Positions 49,880 through 59,103 of a DNA stretch of 64,000 nucleotides are shown piece by piece. The position numbers were made by a program, and so were the translations under genes. The notes beneath the pieces were generated by a model. That model was not told where the DNA came from and did not search any database. It saw only the letters and a list, made by a program, of their open reading frames with translations. The first letter of the stretch is position 1. Each line of letters opens with the position of its first letter. This DNA comes from Spirochaetota bacterium (GTDB lineage: Bacteria > Spirochaetota > UBA4802 > JAFGDQ01), in contig JAZDKB010000016.1 in the NCBI GenBank assembly GCA_043803405.1, positions 1 to 64,000 of the forward strand, written 5' to 3'.

Positions 49880-51820
49880 ATGGGCGATTCGGTATTCTAT
49901 AAAATATTAAGTGAACATATAGCAGAAGGAGAGCCGGTACCAGGTAACGAGATTGGCATAAAAATCGACCAGACGCTTACTCAGGACGCAACAGGGACAC
50001 TTGCATATCTTCAGTTTGAGGCAATGGACATTCCACGAGTTAAGACAGAGCTTTCTGTTTCGTACGTGGATCACAATACTTTACAGATGGGTTTTGAGAA
50101 CGCAGACGATCATAAATATCTGCAGACGATGAACGCGAATTACGGTATTCATTACTCGAAAGCCGGAAACGGGATCTGTCACCAGGTTCATCTTGAGAGA
50201 TTCGGGCGTCCCGGAGCAACGCTTCTGGGCTCCGACAGCCACACTCCTACAGGCGGCGCTCTCGGGATGATAGCCATAGGCGCAGGCGGCATTGAAGTAG
50301 CAGCAGCTATGGGAGGCGGCCTGTTTTATTTTTTATGCCCCAGAATCATCAATATTAATCTGCGTGGAAAATTGCGTCCGTGGGTAAGCGCCAAAGACAT
50401 TATACTTAAAGTGCTTGAGATACTGACAACCAAAGGCAACGTAGGTTTCGTTGTGGAGTATACAGGTGACAGCATAAAAACCCTGTCTGTACCTGAACGC
50501 GCCACAATTACGAATATGGGAGCAGAACTCGGCGTAACAACCTCTATTTTCCCAAGCGACGAAATTACACGCGCTTTTCTGAAAGCGGAGGCAAGAGAAT
50601 CAGTTTGGCGTGAAATAATCCCGGACAATAATGCCGCTTATGACAGAACAATAGATATTGATCTTTCAACGCTTGAACCTATGATAGCCTGCCCTCACTC
50701 TCCCGATAACATTAAAAAAGTGTCGGGAATAAAAGGAATAAAAGTCGATCAGATTGCTATAGGCAGTTGCACTAATTCATCCTATAAGGATTTAATGATA
50801 ACTGCTGAAATTCTAAAAGGGAAAAAAGTTCATCGGGATGTAAGCCTGATAATAGCGCCGGGTTCAAGACAGGTTCTTGAGATGATTGCGCAAAACGGAG
50901 CTCTTGCCGATATGATCGCATCGGGAGCAAGATTAATGGAATCTGCATGCGGGTTCTGCATAGGCGCCGGCCAGTCACCTGTAACTGAAGGAATTTCTCT
51001 CAGAACAAATAACCGGAACTTCAAAGGGCGGTCGGGAACAGATTCCGCGCAGGTGTATCTCGTAAGCGTTGAAACCGCAGTTCTATCGGCTTTAAAAGGA
51101 GAACTTGTCAGTCCTCTCGATTATCCGGAATCGGACTATCCAAGGATAAATACACCGGATAAATTCCTGATTGATGATTCGATGATTATACCTCCATCAG
51201 AAAAAAAAATATCCGGGAATAAAATAAAAATAATTCGGGGCCCGAATATAGGCGATCCTCCATTTACCGATCGCCTGATGAATGAGATGAACGGAATAAT
51301 CGGACTTAAAGTGGGCGATAAAATAACAACCGACCATATTATGCCCGCAGGCGACAGGTTAAAATACCGTTCAAATATTACAAAATATTCTGAATTTGTT
51401 TTCGAAAATATTGACCGCGAATTTTCCGGAAGGACTCTGGAAAACAAGAAAAAAAATATTTATACTGCAATTACAGGCGGAGAAAGCTACGGCCAGGGAT
51501 CCTCAAGAGAACATGCCGCTATTTGTCCTATGCATCTGGGAGTAAGGCTTGTAATTGCAAAATCATTCGAAAGAATTCATGTTTCAAATCTAATTAATTT
51601 CGGTATACTTCCACTGACTTTTAAAAATAAAGATGATTATGATAGAATAAATCAATATGATGGTTTTAAAATACATAATCTGATAAGCCAAATTATAAAA
51701 GATACTATTCATGTAGAAATTGCGGATATTATATATGAGTTTATTTTAATTGCTTCAAAAAGACAACAGGAAATTTTACTTGAAGGTGGATTACTGAATT
51801 ATACTAAAAAACAAAAATAA
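49880..51820 (+). CDS. Aconitate hydratase (short, ~650-aa type)
   Basis: DQTLTQDATGT, GICHQVH, GSDSHT, GSCTN, CGFCIG, NRNFKGR, TTDHI and YGQGSSREHAA motifs. Confidence 0.93.
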   Translation: MGDSVFYKILSEHIAEGEPVPGNEIGIKIDQTLTQDATGTLAYLQFEAMDIPRVKTELSVSYVDHNTLQMGFENADDHKYLQTMNANYGIHYSKAGNGICHQVHLERFGRPGATLLGSDSHTPTGGALGMIAIGAGGIEVAAAMGGGLFYFLCPRIININLRGKLRPWVSAKDIILKVLEILTTKGNVGFVVEYTGDSIKTLSVPERATITNMGAELGVTTSIFPSDEITRAFLKAEARESVWREIIPDNNAAYDRTIDIDLSTLEPMIACPHSPDNIKKVSGIKGIKVDQIAIGSCTNSSYKDLMITAEILKGKKVHRDVSLIIAPGSRQVLEMIAQNGALADMIASGARLMESACGFCIGAGQSPVTEGISLRTNNRNFKGRSGTDSAQVYLVSVETAVLSALKGELVSPLDYPESDYPRINTPDKFLIDDSMIIPPSEKKISGNKIKIIRGPNIGDPPFTDRLMNEMNGIIGLKVGDKITTDHIMPAGDRLKYRSNITKYSEFVFENIDREFSGRTLENKKKNIYTAITGGESYGQGSSREHAAICPMHLGVRLVIAKSFERIHVSNLINFGILPLTFKNKDDYDRINQYDGFKIHNLISQIIKDTIHVEIADIIYEFILIASKRQQEILLEGGLLNYTKKQK

Positions 51821-51929
51821 AACGCTTTTTTGTTGACGATTATTTAATATTGCAGTAAATTAGTATAATTAATATTCAGTGTGATGAAATAATTCATATT
51901 GAATAAATAATAAATTTTAAGATGTTACT

Positions 51930-52100
51930 ATGAAAATATTATTAATAATACTATCAATCTTATTCGTTTCAATGTTCGCCTGTTCTTCATCTTCCGTTGC
52001 GGTACGCGACGGTCAGATTACTAATGGCATAAAACCCTTAATGGAAAAAAAGCACGATGAACAGAAGATCAATATAAGCGTACCCGTATACAATTTTTAA
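51930..52100 (+). CDS. 56-aa putative lipoprotein ending in ...ISVPVYNF
   Basis: Not in the ORF track. MKILLIILSILFVSMFA-CSSSSVAVRDGQITNGIKPLMEKKHDEQKINISVPVYNF; lipobox present; TTGACG-N17-TAAATT upstream (51833-51861); weak RBS. Confidence 0.7.
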   Translation: MKILLIILSILFVSMFACSSSSVAVRDGQITNGIKPLMEKKHDEQKINISVPVYNF

Positions 52101-52193
52101 TCTTACTGTACCAAGTTTACTATACGATTCTCTCTCAAAATCCGCAATCAGCAATAATTACACACATTAAAAATTCCCGATCAAAATTTATCC

Positions 52194-52221
52194 TTGAATT
52201 ATTGCAGTTAAGTGATATAAT
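52194..52221 (+). promoter_or_regulatory. Putative extended -10 sigma70 promoter
   Basis: TTGAAT-N16-TATAAT with TGn extension. Confidence 0.5.
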
Positions 52222-52264
52222 CTAAAAATTAAAATATATATAAATTCTTTAAATTTACTTTTAC

Positions 52265-53941
52265 ATGAATATTGATAAATTAACAATAGACAATATTTCC
52301 AGTACTATCTCTGAAGTCGTTGAGACAGCGAAAAATGTTAACAGGCTTTCTTATGTCAGGAAACAAATAACATCTGAAAGCCTTATGCTTCTCAAAGAAT
52401 TGATGGATAAAAATTTCGCTATAATTATTAATTATAAAGAAGTATTTAACAGTCTCCAGAATTACATTTCGGATATTACAAAAAATATTAATACTTACAG
52501 ATATAATATTAATTTATTTAAAGATATTGTTTCAAATGTAGATATAATTAAGAACAAATTAGTCACTATTACATCAAAAATAGAGGAGCTGACAGGTTTT
52601 GTTAATACAATAAAAAAAGATACGGAAGAGATCAATGTACTGGCTACAAATGCGGCTATTGTCTCAAGCAAATATAATACTTCCGTGTTTCAGATACTTT
52701 CCGCGAAATTCAACAGCATGTCAAACTACATCAATCAGAATCTCGAAAATATAATCAAGTATGTAAGCCCTATTAAAGACAGTATTGATAATTTAACAAA
52801 TATAAATTCCGTGGTTGTTTCAGATATCGAAAACGGTTATCACAGTTATCTTTTATTTTTAGAGAAATTCGGGCATCAGGAAAAAGTTGTTGATAAACAG
52901 GTTCAAAGAGCAGAACATTCAGGGGAGAAAATAGAAGACCAGAAGGAAATGCTTGCGAATATAAATAAAAAAATTCTGCAAATGGATGCTGATGCAGACA
53001 AGGCAATAGAAGGTTCTGGCAATAATATGAAAATCGGAGAAAGCCTTAAAAGCGCAGTCGAAGTCTTATACTCAGAAATAAACAACGGGATGTCTAATGG
53101 AAAATTTCGTAAAACTATCGATGTTCTTGCTGAGAAGGGTTCAACAATCAAACAAACTGCAACCCATGTTAATGAAAAATCAAAAAGTCAGCTTGATTTT
53201 TCATTAAGTTCACTTGAATTCTGCAAATCCATTATTGAGCAATCCAAAGAACTTGAAAAAACAATCAGTATTTTCAACAAACAATCTGTTGAAAATAATA
53301 AACTTGCGCTAAAAATCGGGACAAGCATAAACGATCTCATTAATCAATTGAATGAAATCGAAAAAAGAATCATCGAATCAAATGAAACATTAAAAAAGTT
53401 TATGGAGGATTATTTAAATATCTCCGACATTCTTTATATTTTAAAAGATATTTTAAAACTAATGAAAATAATCGGCATTTATTCCAGGATAGAAGCTTCC
53501 CGCGACCCTGTGGCCTATGAAGGCTTTTTAACAATATCAAAACACATTCAAAAACTGCAGAATAAAATCAAAAACAATATTCCAAAAATCGAAAGCAACA
53601 TTAAAGATACAAAAGCAATTATTGATCTTGTCAATGAATCATACCAGAATATTTCCGTCGAATTCAATAACATAAGGGAAAATTCAATATTCTTTACTAA
53701 CCAGTTAAAAGGCATTTCGCAGATAAGTACTGAAGCTGAAAATATCAGCGTTAACATTTTAAACGACTCGCTTAACCTTGACACTTTGCTTAGTGATCTG
53801 GAAAACTATTTAAATAAACTGACAGAAATAGTAAAAGAACCGATTGAAGGATCCGCTAAAAATATACAGCGTGGAAAATTCATAGAAGAAACAACTAATG
53901 AAATAAAAAAAATACTGCTGCAACAGACCGCGTTTACTTAG
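52265..53941 (+). CDS. Soluble coiled-coil protein with two tandem degenerate MCP signalling domains
   Basis: No TM or signal; tips EEINVLATNAAIVSSK (aa 121-136) and LMKIIGIYSRIEASR...GF (aa 399-421); internal repeat offset about 277-279 aa. Confidence 0.75.
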   Translation: MNIDKLTIDNISSTISEVVETAKNVNRLSYVRKQITSESLMLLKELMDKNFAIIINYKEVFNSLQNYISDITKNINTYRYNINLFKDIVSNVDIIKNKLVTITSKIEELTGFVNTIKKDTEEINVLATNAAIVSSKYNTSVFQILSAKFNSMSNYINQNLENIIKYVSPIKDSIDNLTNINSVVVSDIENGYHSYLLFLEKFGHQEKVVDKQVQRAEHSGEKIEDQKEMLANINKKILQMDADADKAIEGSGNNMKIGESLKSAVEVLYSEINNGMSNGKFRKTIDVLAEKGSTIKQTATHVNEKSKSQLDFSLSSLEFCKSIIEQSKELEKTISIFNKQSVENNKLALKIGTSINDLINQLNEIEKRIIESNETLKKFMEDYLNISDILYILKDILKLMKIIGIYSRIEASRDPVAYEGFLTISKHIQKLQNKIKNNIPKIESNIKDTKAIIDLVNESYQNISVEFNNIRENSIFFTNQLKGISQISTEAENISVNILNDSLNLDTLLSDLENYLNKLTEIVKEPIEGSAKNIQRGKFIEETTNEIKKILLQQTAFT

Positions 53942-54002
53942 AGAGCGTCCTAAAACCTATATAACATTATAAGGTTTATCGAGACAATAGGTTTTGGGAC
54001 GC
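53939..54002. mobile_element. MITE-like inverted-repeat element between convergent genes
   Basis: gcgtcctaaaacctat (53945-53960) / ataggttttgggacgc (53987-54002), 15 of 16 matching; starts at the TAG stop of the upstream gene. Confidence 0.5.
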
Positions 54003-54014
54003 AATTAAAACCAG

Positions 54015-54773
54015 CTATTTCTTTAAAAAAGGAGTAAGCAGATCAATCGGGATTGGAAATAGTGTTGTAGAGTTATTCTCTGCAGCTACCTCGCTTAAAG
54101 TCTGAAGATAACGGAGTTGAAGAGATATTGGATGTTCTTCCATTAACGCTGCTGCACTGACCATCTTTTCCGCTGCCTGGAATTCACCTTCTGCGTTTAT
54201 AACTTTTGCTCTTCTCTCTCTTTCTGCTTCAGCTTGTTTTGCCATTGCGCGCTGCATCTCCTGCGGAAGATCAACGTGCTTTATTTCTACCTTGGCTACT
54301 TTTACACCCCAGGGCTCCGTATCCTTATCAAGCGCATCCTGAAGCTGAATATTTATTTTATCTCTTTCACTAAGCAAATCATCCAACCCAACCATACCCA
54401 TTATGCTCCTTAGAGTTGTCTGAGCAAGCTGTGATGTTGCATAAAGATAATCCTCGACCTCGGTTATAGCTTTATTTGGTTCTACTACCCTGAAATAAAC
54501 TACAGCATTAACTTTTAGGGAAACATTATCTTTAGTTATAATATCCTGGGGCGGCACATCAAAGGCAACTAACCGCAAACTGACTCTTACCCATCTGTCT
54601 ATCATTGGTATTATCAGAATTATGCCCGGTCCTTTAGGACCCTTAGGTGGCACTATCATTCTGCCTAAACGGAACACCACGGCTCTTTCATATTCTTTTA
54701 AAATCTTTATGGAAGAAATAAGCAGAATAATTAATAAAAAGATCAATGTAATTATTGGACTTGCAATAAACAT
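54015..54773 (-). CDS. SPFH/stomatin (slipin) family protein
   Basis: [62 protein letters not shown]. Confidence 0.96.
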   Translation of the reverse strand: MFIASPIITLIFLLIILLISSIKILKEYERAVVFRLGRMIVPPKGPKGPGIILIIPMIDRWVRVSLRLVAFDVPPQDIITKDNVSLKVNAVVYFRVVEPNKAITEVEDYLYATSQLAQTTLRSIMGMVGLDDLLSERDKINIQLQDALDKDTEPWGVKVAKVEIKHVDLPQEMQRAMAKQAEAERERRAKVINAEGEFQAAEKMVSAAALMEEHPISLQLRYLQTLSEVAAENNSTTLFPIPIDLLTPFLKK

Positions 54774-54810
54774 ATTATCCTCCTGCCGGTTTATTTAATT
54801 TTAAAAAAAT

Positions 54811-56121
54811 CTAATCGTTTTTTAATTTCTTAATAATCAAAGTCATGCCGTCATATCCTTCAACAATGACAGGATCATCCTTTTTTATGTCATCGTCGCT
54901 AAACGCATTCCAGTATTCGCCGTGAGCCATTATTTTACCGTATTTGTTAAAATCTGCAACCGCATTCCCTTTTTCACCTATCATTCCTTCAATACCGGTA
55001 GTAACCTTCCCGCGATGGGCAGCTAAAACCGATCTAATCAATACAAAGAAAAAAAGAAGCAGGAATATAACAACAATAATGATAGAAGCAATTGGAACAG
55101 ACATTCCGGGAAGCGGAGAGTCGAATAGTATCATTGAACCGAGAACGAAGCTGGCAATCCCGCCTATTGTAAGCAAACCATAGCTTACAAATTTTAGCTC
55201 TAAAATAAATAAGACAATAGAAATAATTATTAAAGAAAGACCTAGAATATTTATGGGAAGGACTCTGATAGTCAGTAAAAAAAGGAATAAGGCTATTCCC
55301 CCTAATGTGCCCGGAAAAATCATACCCGGATTTTTTACTTCCAGACCAATACCCACAACAGCAATTATAAATAAAAGGAAAACAAACTGCGGATCTGCCA
55401 GATAATTTAAAAATTTCTGAGTAAGATCCATTTCATAAACAGTTTCTTTTACATTCGTAGTATTCAGTAGAACAGGGTATCCGTCCATATTTACAATTCT
55501 GCCGTTTAATTTCTTTAAAAGATCATTCATATCATCAGCTATCAGATCAATCACACCAAGCTTTTTAGCTTCAATGTATGTACTGGAAATCGCATTTTTT
55601 ACTGCGTTCTCCGTCCATTGAATATTTCTGTTCCTTTTCTGAGAAAGGCTTCTCGCATACGCCAGGGTATCATTCAATACTTTTGTTTCCATGATGCCTT
55701 CGCTGCCATCCTCATTCTTTTTTCCGAAATCCAGGAATGGGCTTACGGGATGCATTGCTCCTATTTCGGTGCCTGGAGCCATGACGGCAATGTGAGCTGA
55801 AAGCATAATATAACCGCCGGCAGAGGCAGCCTGTGCTCCTTTGGGAAATGTGAAGACTACAACAGGAATTTTTGAAGAAAGAATTGCCTTAATGATTTCC
55901 CGCATGGAACTCATTAAACCGCCGGGTGTATCCATTTGAATCACAATAAAAAGACATTTCTCATTATTTGCTTTTTCAATGGAATTTACAATATGTTCTG
56001 CAATTATAGGATTAACTGTCCCGTCGAGTTTTATGGTTGCATATTTATTTTCAGTTGATCCGTTTAATAGCGAGAAAAAAGATATAAGAATAAATGTTAT
56101 AAGTATTATCAGTTTTTGCAT
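54811..56121 (-). CDS. nfeD: NfeD long form (ClpP-like serine protease + TM + OB domain)
   Basis: MDTPGG, AASAG, MAPGTEIGAMHPV, K.LND, TM bundle, C-terminal HGEYWNA; upstream of stomatin. Confidence 0.95.
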   Translation of the reverse strand: MQKLIILITFILISFFSLLNGSTENKYATIKLDGTVNPIIAEHIVNSIEKANNEKCLFIVIQMDTPGGLMSSMREIIKAILSSKIPVVVFTFPKGAQAASAGGYIMLSAHIAVMAPGTEIGAMHPVSPFLDFGKKNEDGSEGIMETKVLNDTLAYARSLSQKRNRNIQWTENAVKNAISSTYIEAKKLGVIDLIADDMNDLLKKLNGRIVNMDGYPVLLNTTNVKETVYEMDLTQKFLNYLADPQFVFLLFIIAVVGIGLEVKNPGMIFPGTLGGIALFLFLLTIRVLPINILGLSLIIISIVLFILELKFVSYGLLTIGGIASFVLGSMILFDSPLPGMSVPIASIIIVVIFLLLFFFVLIRSVLAAHRGKVTTGIEGMIGEKGNAVADFNKYGKIMAHGEYWNAFSDDDIKKDDPVIVEGYDGMTLIIKKLKND

Positions 56122-56338
56122 TTATTTAACTGCATTTTATAAATTATATTCAAAATAAAAAGAACCGGATTAATTAGTTATATCAGTAAAATTGGAACTG
56201 TCAAGCTTAAATAAAAAACAATCTTCAGTTAAATTATAACTAATTTTTCCTGTTGCTGCTCTTTTTTGAGTTATATTGCTCCGATAATAAGTATACAGTT
56301 ATTACCATTTTAATAATTCAAATAAAAAAATAAATATT

Positions 56339-57709
56339 ATGATAATTTTTAATAAAAATCGATTCCGGCGTATAAACTTGTTACTTGTTAACTTTCTTAC
56401 ATTTTTATTATTGGTAAGTTACGCAGCGAATGGACAATCCACTGCTGCGTCAGATACGCAAAGACAAGAATTGCAACCGTTATTGAATGAATTGAATAGC
56501 TCGTTAACCGCGCTGAATGAAGGAAATGAAACTAATAAAATTAATGGGAAAGAAGAAAAAAAAACAGGCAGCGAAACAATTAGAGAGAATAAAGAAATAA
56601 TTACTCCTGAAAAACCTAAAGAAAAAACGGCAGAAAAACAAAAACCTGTAAAAATCGAAACAAACCCTGCAGAAAGAAGAAAAGCCGATTGGATAATTAA
56701 AACGATCGACAGCGGCATACACAAAGACAGGAAAAGCGCAATTAATCAAATACTGACAATAAAAGATCAGAGCTTAAAAAATGAGCTTGGAAAGAAATTA
56801 ATTGAGGTAATAAAAGATGAAGCTGAACTTGAAGTAAAGATTAAGGCAATAACAGTTATCGGAGAAATAAAAGTAAATGAAGCTGTGCCCGATTTACTTA
56901 ATTGTCTTAACGATGACTCTGAAGATGTAAAAGTAGCCGCAATATATGCAATAAAAAGAATAGGCGATATTTCAGCAAAACCAACACTAATAACAAAGCT
57001 TAAGGAACAAAAATTTGAAAACAGTTCTACATTGATAGAAGCACTTATTGATACACTTGGCGAGTTCAAGGCAATCGAATTATCTGCTTTTGCTGCTGAG
57101 ACTATAAAGAACACGAAAACCAACCAGATAGTCCGTGAGCTTTTAGTTCTCTTTCTCGGGAAGGTCGACTCAAAAGAATCGAAAGGCATACTCCTTGAAC
57201 TCCTGAATGACGAGGATGAGAATGAACAGATAAGAGCATTTGCGGTAAATTCGATTGCCAACCTGAAAATAAACGAAGCTATACCGGATATTGAGAAAGT
57301 CACTAAAACAATTGATTCATATCCTTTCAATAAAAAGAAAAAGTATTTTAATCTTTATATTTATTGCATTGCTGCCCTTGTAAAGCTTGGAGATGAAAAA
57401 GCGTTCCCATTGTTCTTAAACGCGTTAAGAAGCGACAATGCGGTAGTCAGGCTTAAAGCGGTTAAACTTGTCAAAGAAACAAAGGATAAAAGAACGATTG
57501 ACATATTAAAATATAAGATGCTTTATGATCCAAGCTTAAAAGTACAAAGCGCGGCAAAAGAAGCCCTGAAAGAGTTAGGTGTTGATATCGAATCAGTAAA
57601 AATTGAGAAATTAAGCGAAGAGAATGTTAAAAAATTAAATATTAAAAAGGAAGAATCCGCTGATAAAAAAGATTCTGCTGACGTATCTACTGATCCAGCG
57701 CAGGAATAG
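56339..57709 (+). CDS. Exported HEAT-repeat protein
   Basis: N-terminal signal/TM; repeated VK.KAI..IG, DVKVAAIYAI, IRAFAVNSIA and VRLKAV units. Confidence 0.85.
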   Translation: MIIFNKNRFRRINLLLVNFLTFLLLVSYAANGQSTAASDTQRQELQPLLNELNSSLTALNEGNETNKINGKEEKKTGSETIRENKEIITPEKPKEKTAEKQKPVKIETNPAERRKADWIIKTIDSGIHKDRKSAINQILTIKDQSLKNELGKKLIEVIKDEAELEVKIKAITVIGEIKVNEAVPDLLNCLNDDSEDVKVAAIYAIKRIGDISAKPTLITKLKEQKFENSSTLIEALIDTLGEFKAIELSAFAAETIKNTKTNQIVRELLVLFLGKVDSKESKGILLELLNDEDENEQIRAFAVNSIANLKINEAIPDIEKVTKTIDSYPFNKKKKYFNLYIYCIAALVKLGDEKAFPLFLNALRSDNAVVRLKAVKLVKETKDKRTIDILKYKMLYDPSLKVQSAAKEALKELGVDIESVKIEKLSEENVKKLNIKKEESADKKDSADVSTDPAQE

Positions 57710-57711
57710 AC

Positions 57712-58122
57712 ATGAATAACACATCCAAAAAAATCAGCTTTGTAAACAGGCTGAAAAATTCCGCCAATATTTTCATTTTTATTTTTGTTTCTCTGATAGC
57801 TTCCCTTATTATAATGAATCTTTTAATACTTCCGGTTGCGGTTTTCTCAGTAAAAAACAAAATACTGTTTACATATATAGTAAAATATTTTTTCTGGCTT
57901 GCCATAATAGTATCTGCGGCCTGGCTGCTTGTAACTAAAGTTATATTTTATAAAAAAAACGAATTCAATAATAAACACATACTAAAAATTATTCTTTTAA
58001 AACCGCTTTTATTTCTGTTATATTTATTAATAATTTTTCTTATTATTTTTATAATGATTGCTTTGATTAATTTTATTCTCCAAAATAATTATTATTTACT
58101 TTATAAAATAATTAATTTATAA
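57712..58122 (+). CDS. Hypothetical membrane protein (about 3 TM)
   Basis: 136-aa hydrophobic ORF in tight operon spacing with its neighbours. Confidence 0.65.
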   Translation: MNNTSKKISFVNRLKNSANIFIFIFVSLIASLIIMNLLILPVAVFSVKNKILFTYIVKYFFWLAIIVSAAWLLVTKVIFYKKNEFNNKHILKIILLKPLLFLLYLLIIFLIIFIMIALINFILQNNYYLLYKIINL

Positions 58123-58132
58123 TACAATTACA

Positions 58133-59095
58133 GTGATAAACGACTTCGACAGATTTTTTCTGAATCTTCCGCCTTTTGACAGAGAATCGGATTTTTACTC
58201 TTTCTGGGATAAAGCTTTTGTTGACCTGAAAAGAATACCGATTGAACCTGCGATCGAAAAAAAAACAGGGCAAACATCTTCTAAATTCGATATCTATAAT
58301 ACGGTATTCAACGGCGCCGGTAAATATAAAGTAAAAGGCGAGCTGTATGTTCCAAAGAATATAGACAACCCAAAAATAATTATTCTTATTCACGATTATA
58401 ATCAGCCTTTTCAGCCGAATGAGGAGATAATTGATCCTGAACTGGCTTTTTTCTTTGTTCAACTGCGCGGTCATGAATTGCTTTTCAGTAAAGATCAAAA
58501 TAATACTAGTACCAGTAAAGAAGAAAAAAAACTACCCGGGTTTCTGACAGAGAACATCCTGGAGTTAAATAATTATTATATAAAAAATATTTATCTCGAT
58601 GCGTTCAGGTCAGTTGACTTTTTGAGACTGTTAAAAAAGGCTGATTGCAGCGGCATAGGAATAATAGGGAAAGGCCTGGGCGCTGCTGCTGCGGTTTTTG
58701 CTGCAGGTTCTTCGGAAAGGATCATATCGCTTGTGCTCGATACGCCTTCGTTCTGTTATCTTGAATTAAGCCAGAATATTTCCAAAAGCGATGCTACAAA
58801 TGAAATCAATTCTTTTCTTTCGGGCAACCGGAGCAGAAAGAAAGAAGTAAAAAAACACCTGTCTTATTTCGATGCGATTAACCATTCGGATAAAATTAAT
58901 ATTCCGGTTCTTGCTGCTGTGGGGTTAAAGGATACTTTGTCCCCGCCGGAATGTGTATTCGCGTTGTTTAATCATTTTCAGTGCGAAAAAACTATGGAAG
59001 TATATCCTGAAGATGATTATAATGCAGGCGGCGAGGAACAATTTAAAAAAGCGGTTAAATGGACAAAAAATATTTTATTGAGTGATGTTGACTAA
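58133..59095 (+). CDS. Acetylxylan esterase (CE7/AXE1) family protein, catalytic triad apparently lost
   Basis: DFYSFW, YYIKNIYLDAFRSVDFL, LSYFDAIN....I..PVL..VGLKD...PP..VFA..N; nucleophile elbow reads GKGLG. Confidence 0.82.
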   Translation: MINDFDRFFLNLPPFDRESDFYSFWDKAFVDLKRIPIEPAIEKKTGQTSSKFDIYNTVFNGAGKYKVKGELYVPKNIDNPKIIILIHDYNQPFQPNEEIIDPELAFFFVQLRGHELLFSKDQNNTSTSKEEKKLPGFLTENILELNNYYIKNIYLDAFRSVDFLRLLKKADCSGIGIIGKGLGAAAAVFAAGSSERIISLVLDTPSFCYLELSQNISKSDATNEINSFLSGNRSRKKEVKKHLSYFDAINHSDKINIPVLAAVGLKDTLSPPECVFALFNHFQCEKTMEVYPEDDYNAGGEEQFKKAVKWTKNILLSDVD

Positions 59096-59103
59096 TAAAA
59101 ATT

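Noticed and set aside
49880..51820. Second leuCD-like gene as an unusual fusion or duplication
   Set aside because: It matches the ordinary short single-chain aconitase type; homology to LeuC/LeuD is expected.
56270..56290. Possible sigma28 promoter (CCGATAA) upstream of the HEAT gene
   Set aside because: No TAAA -35 element at the proper spacing.
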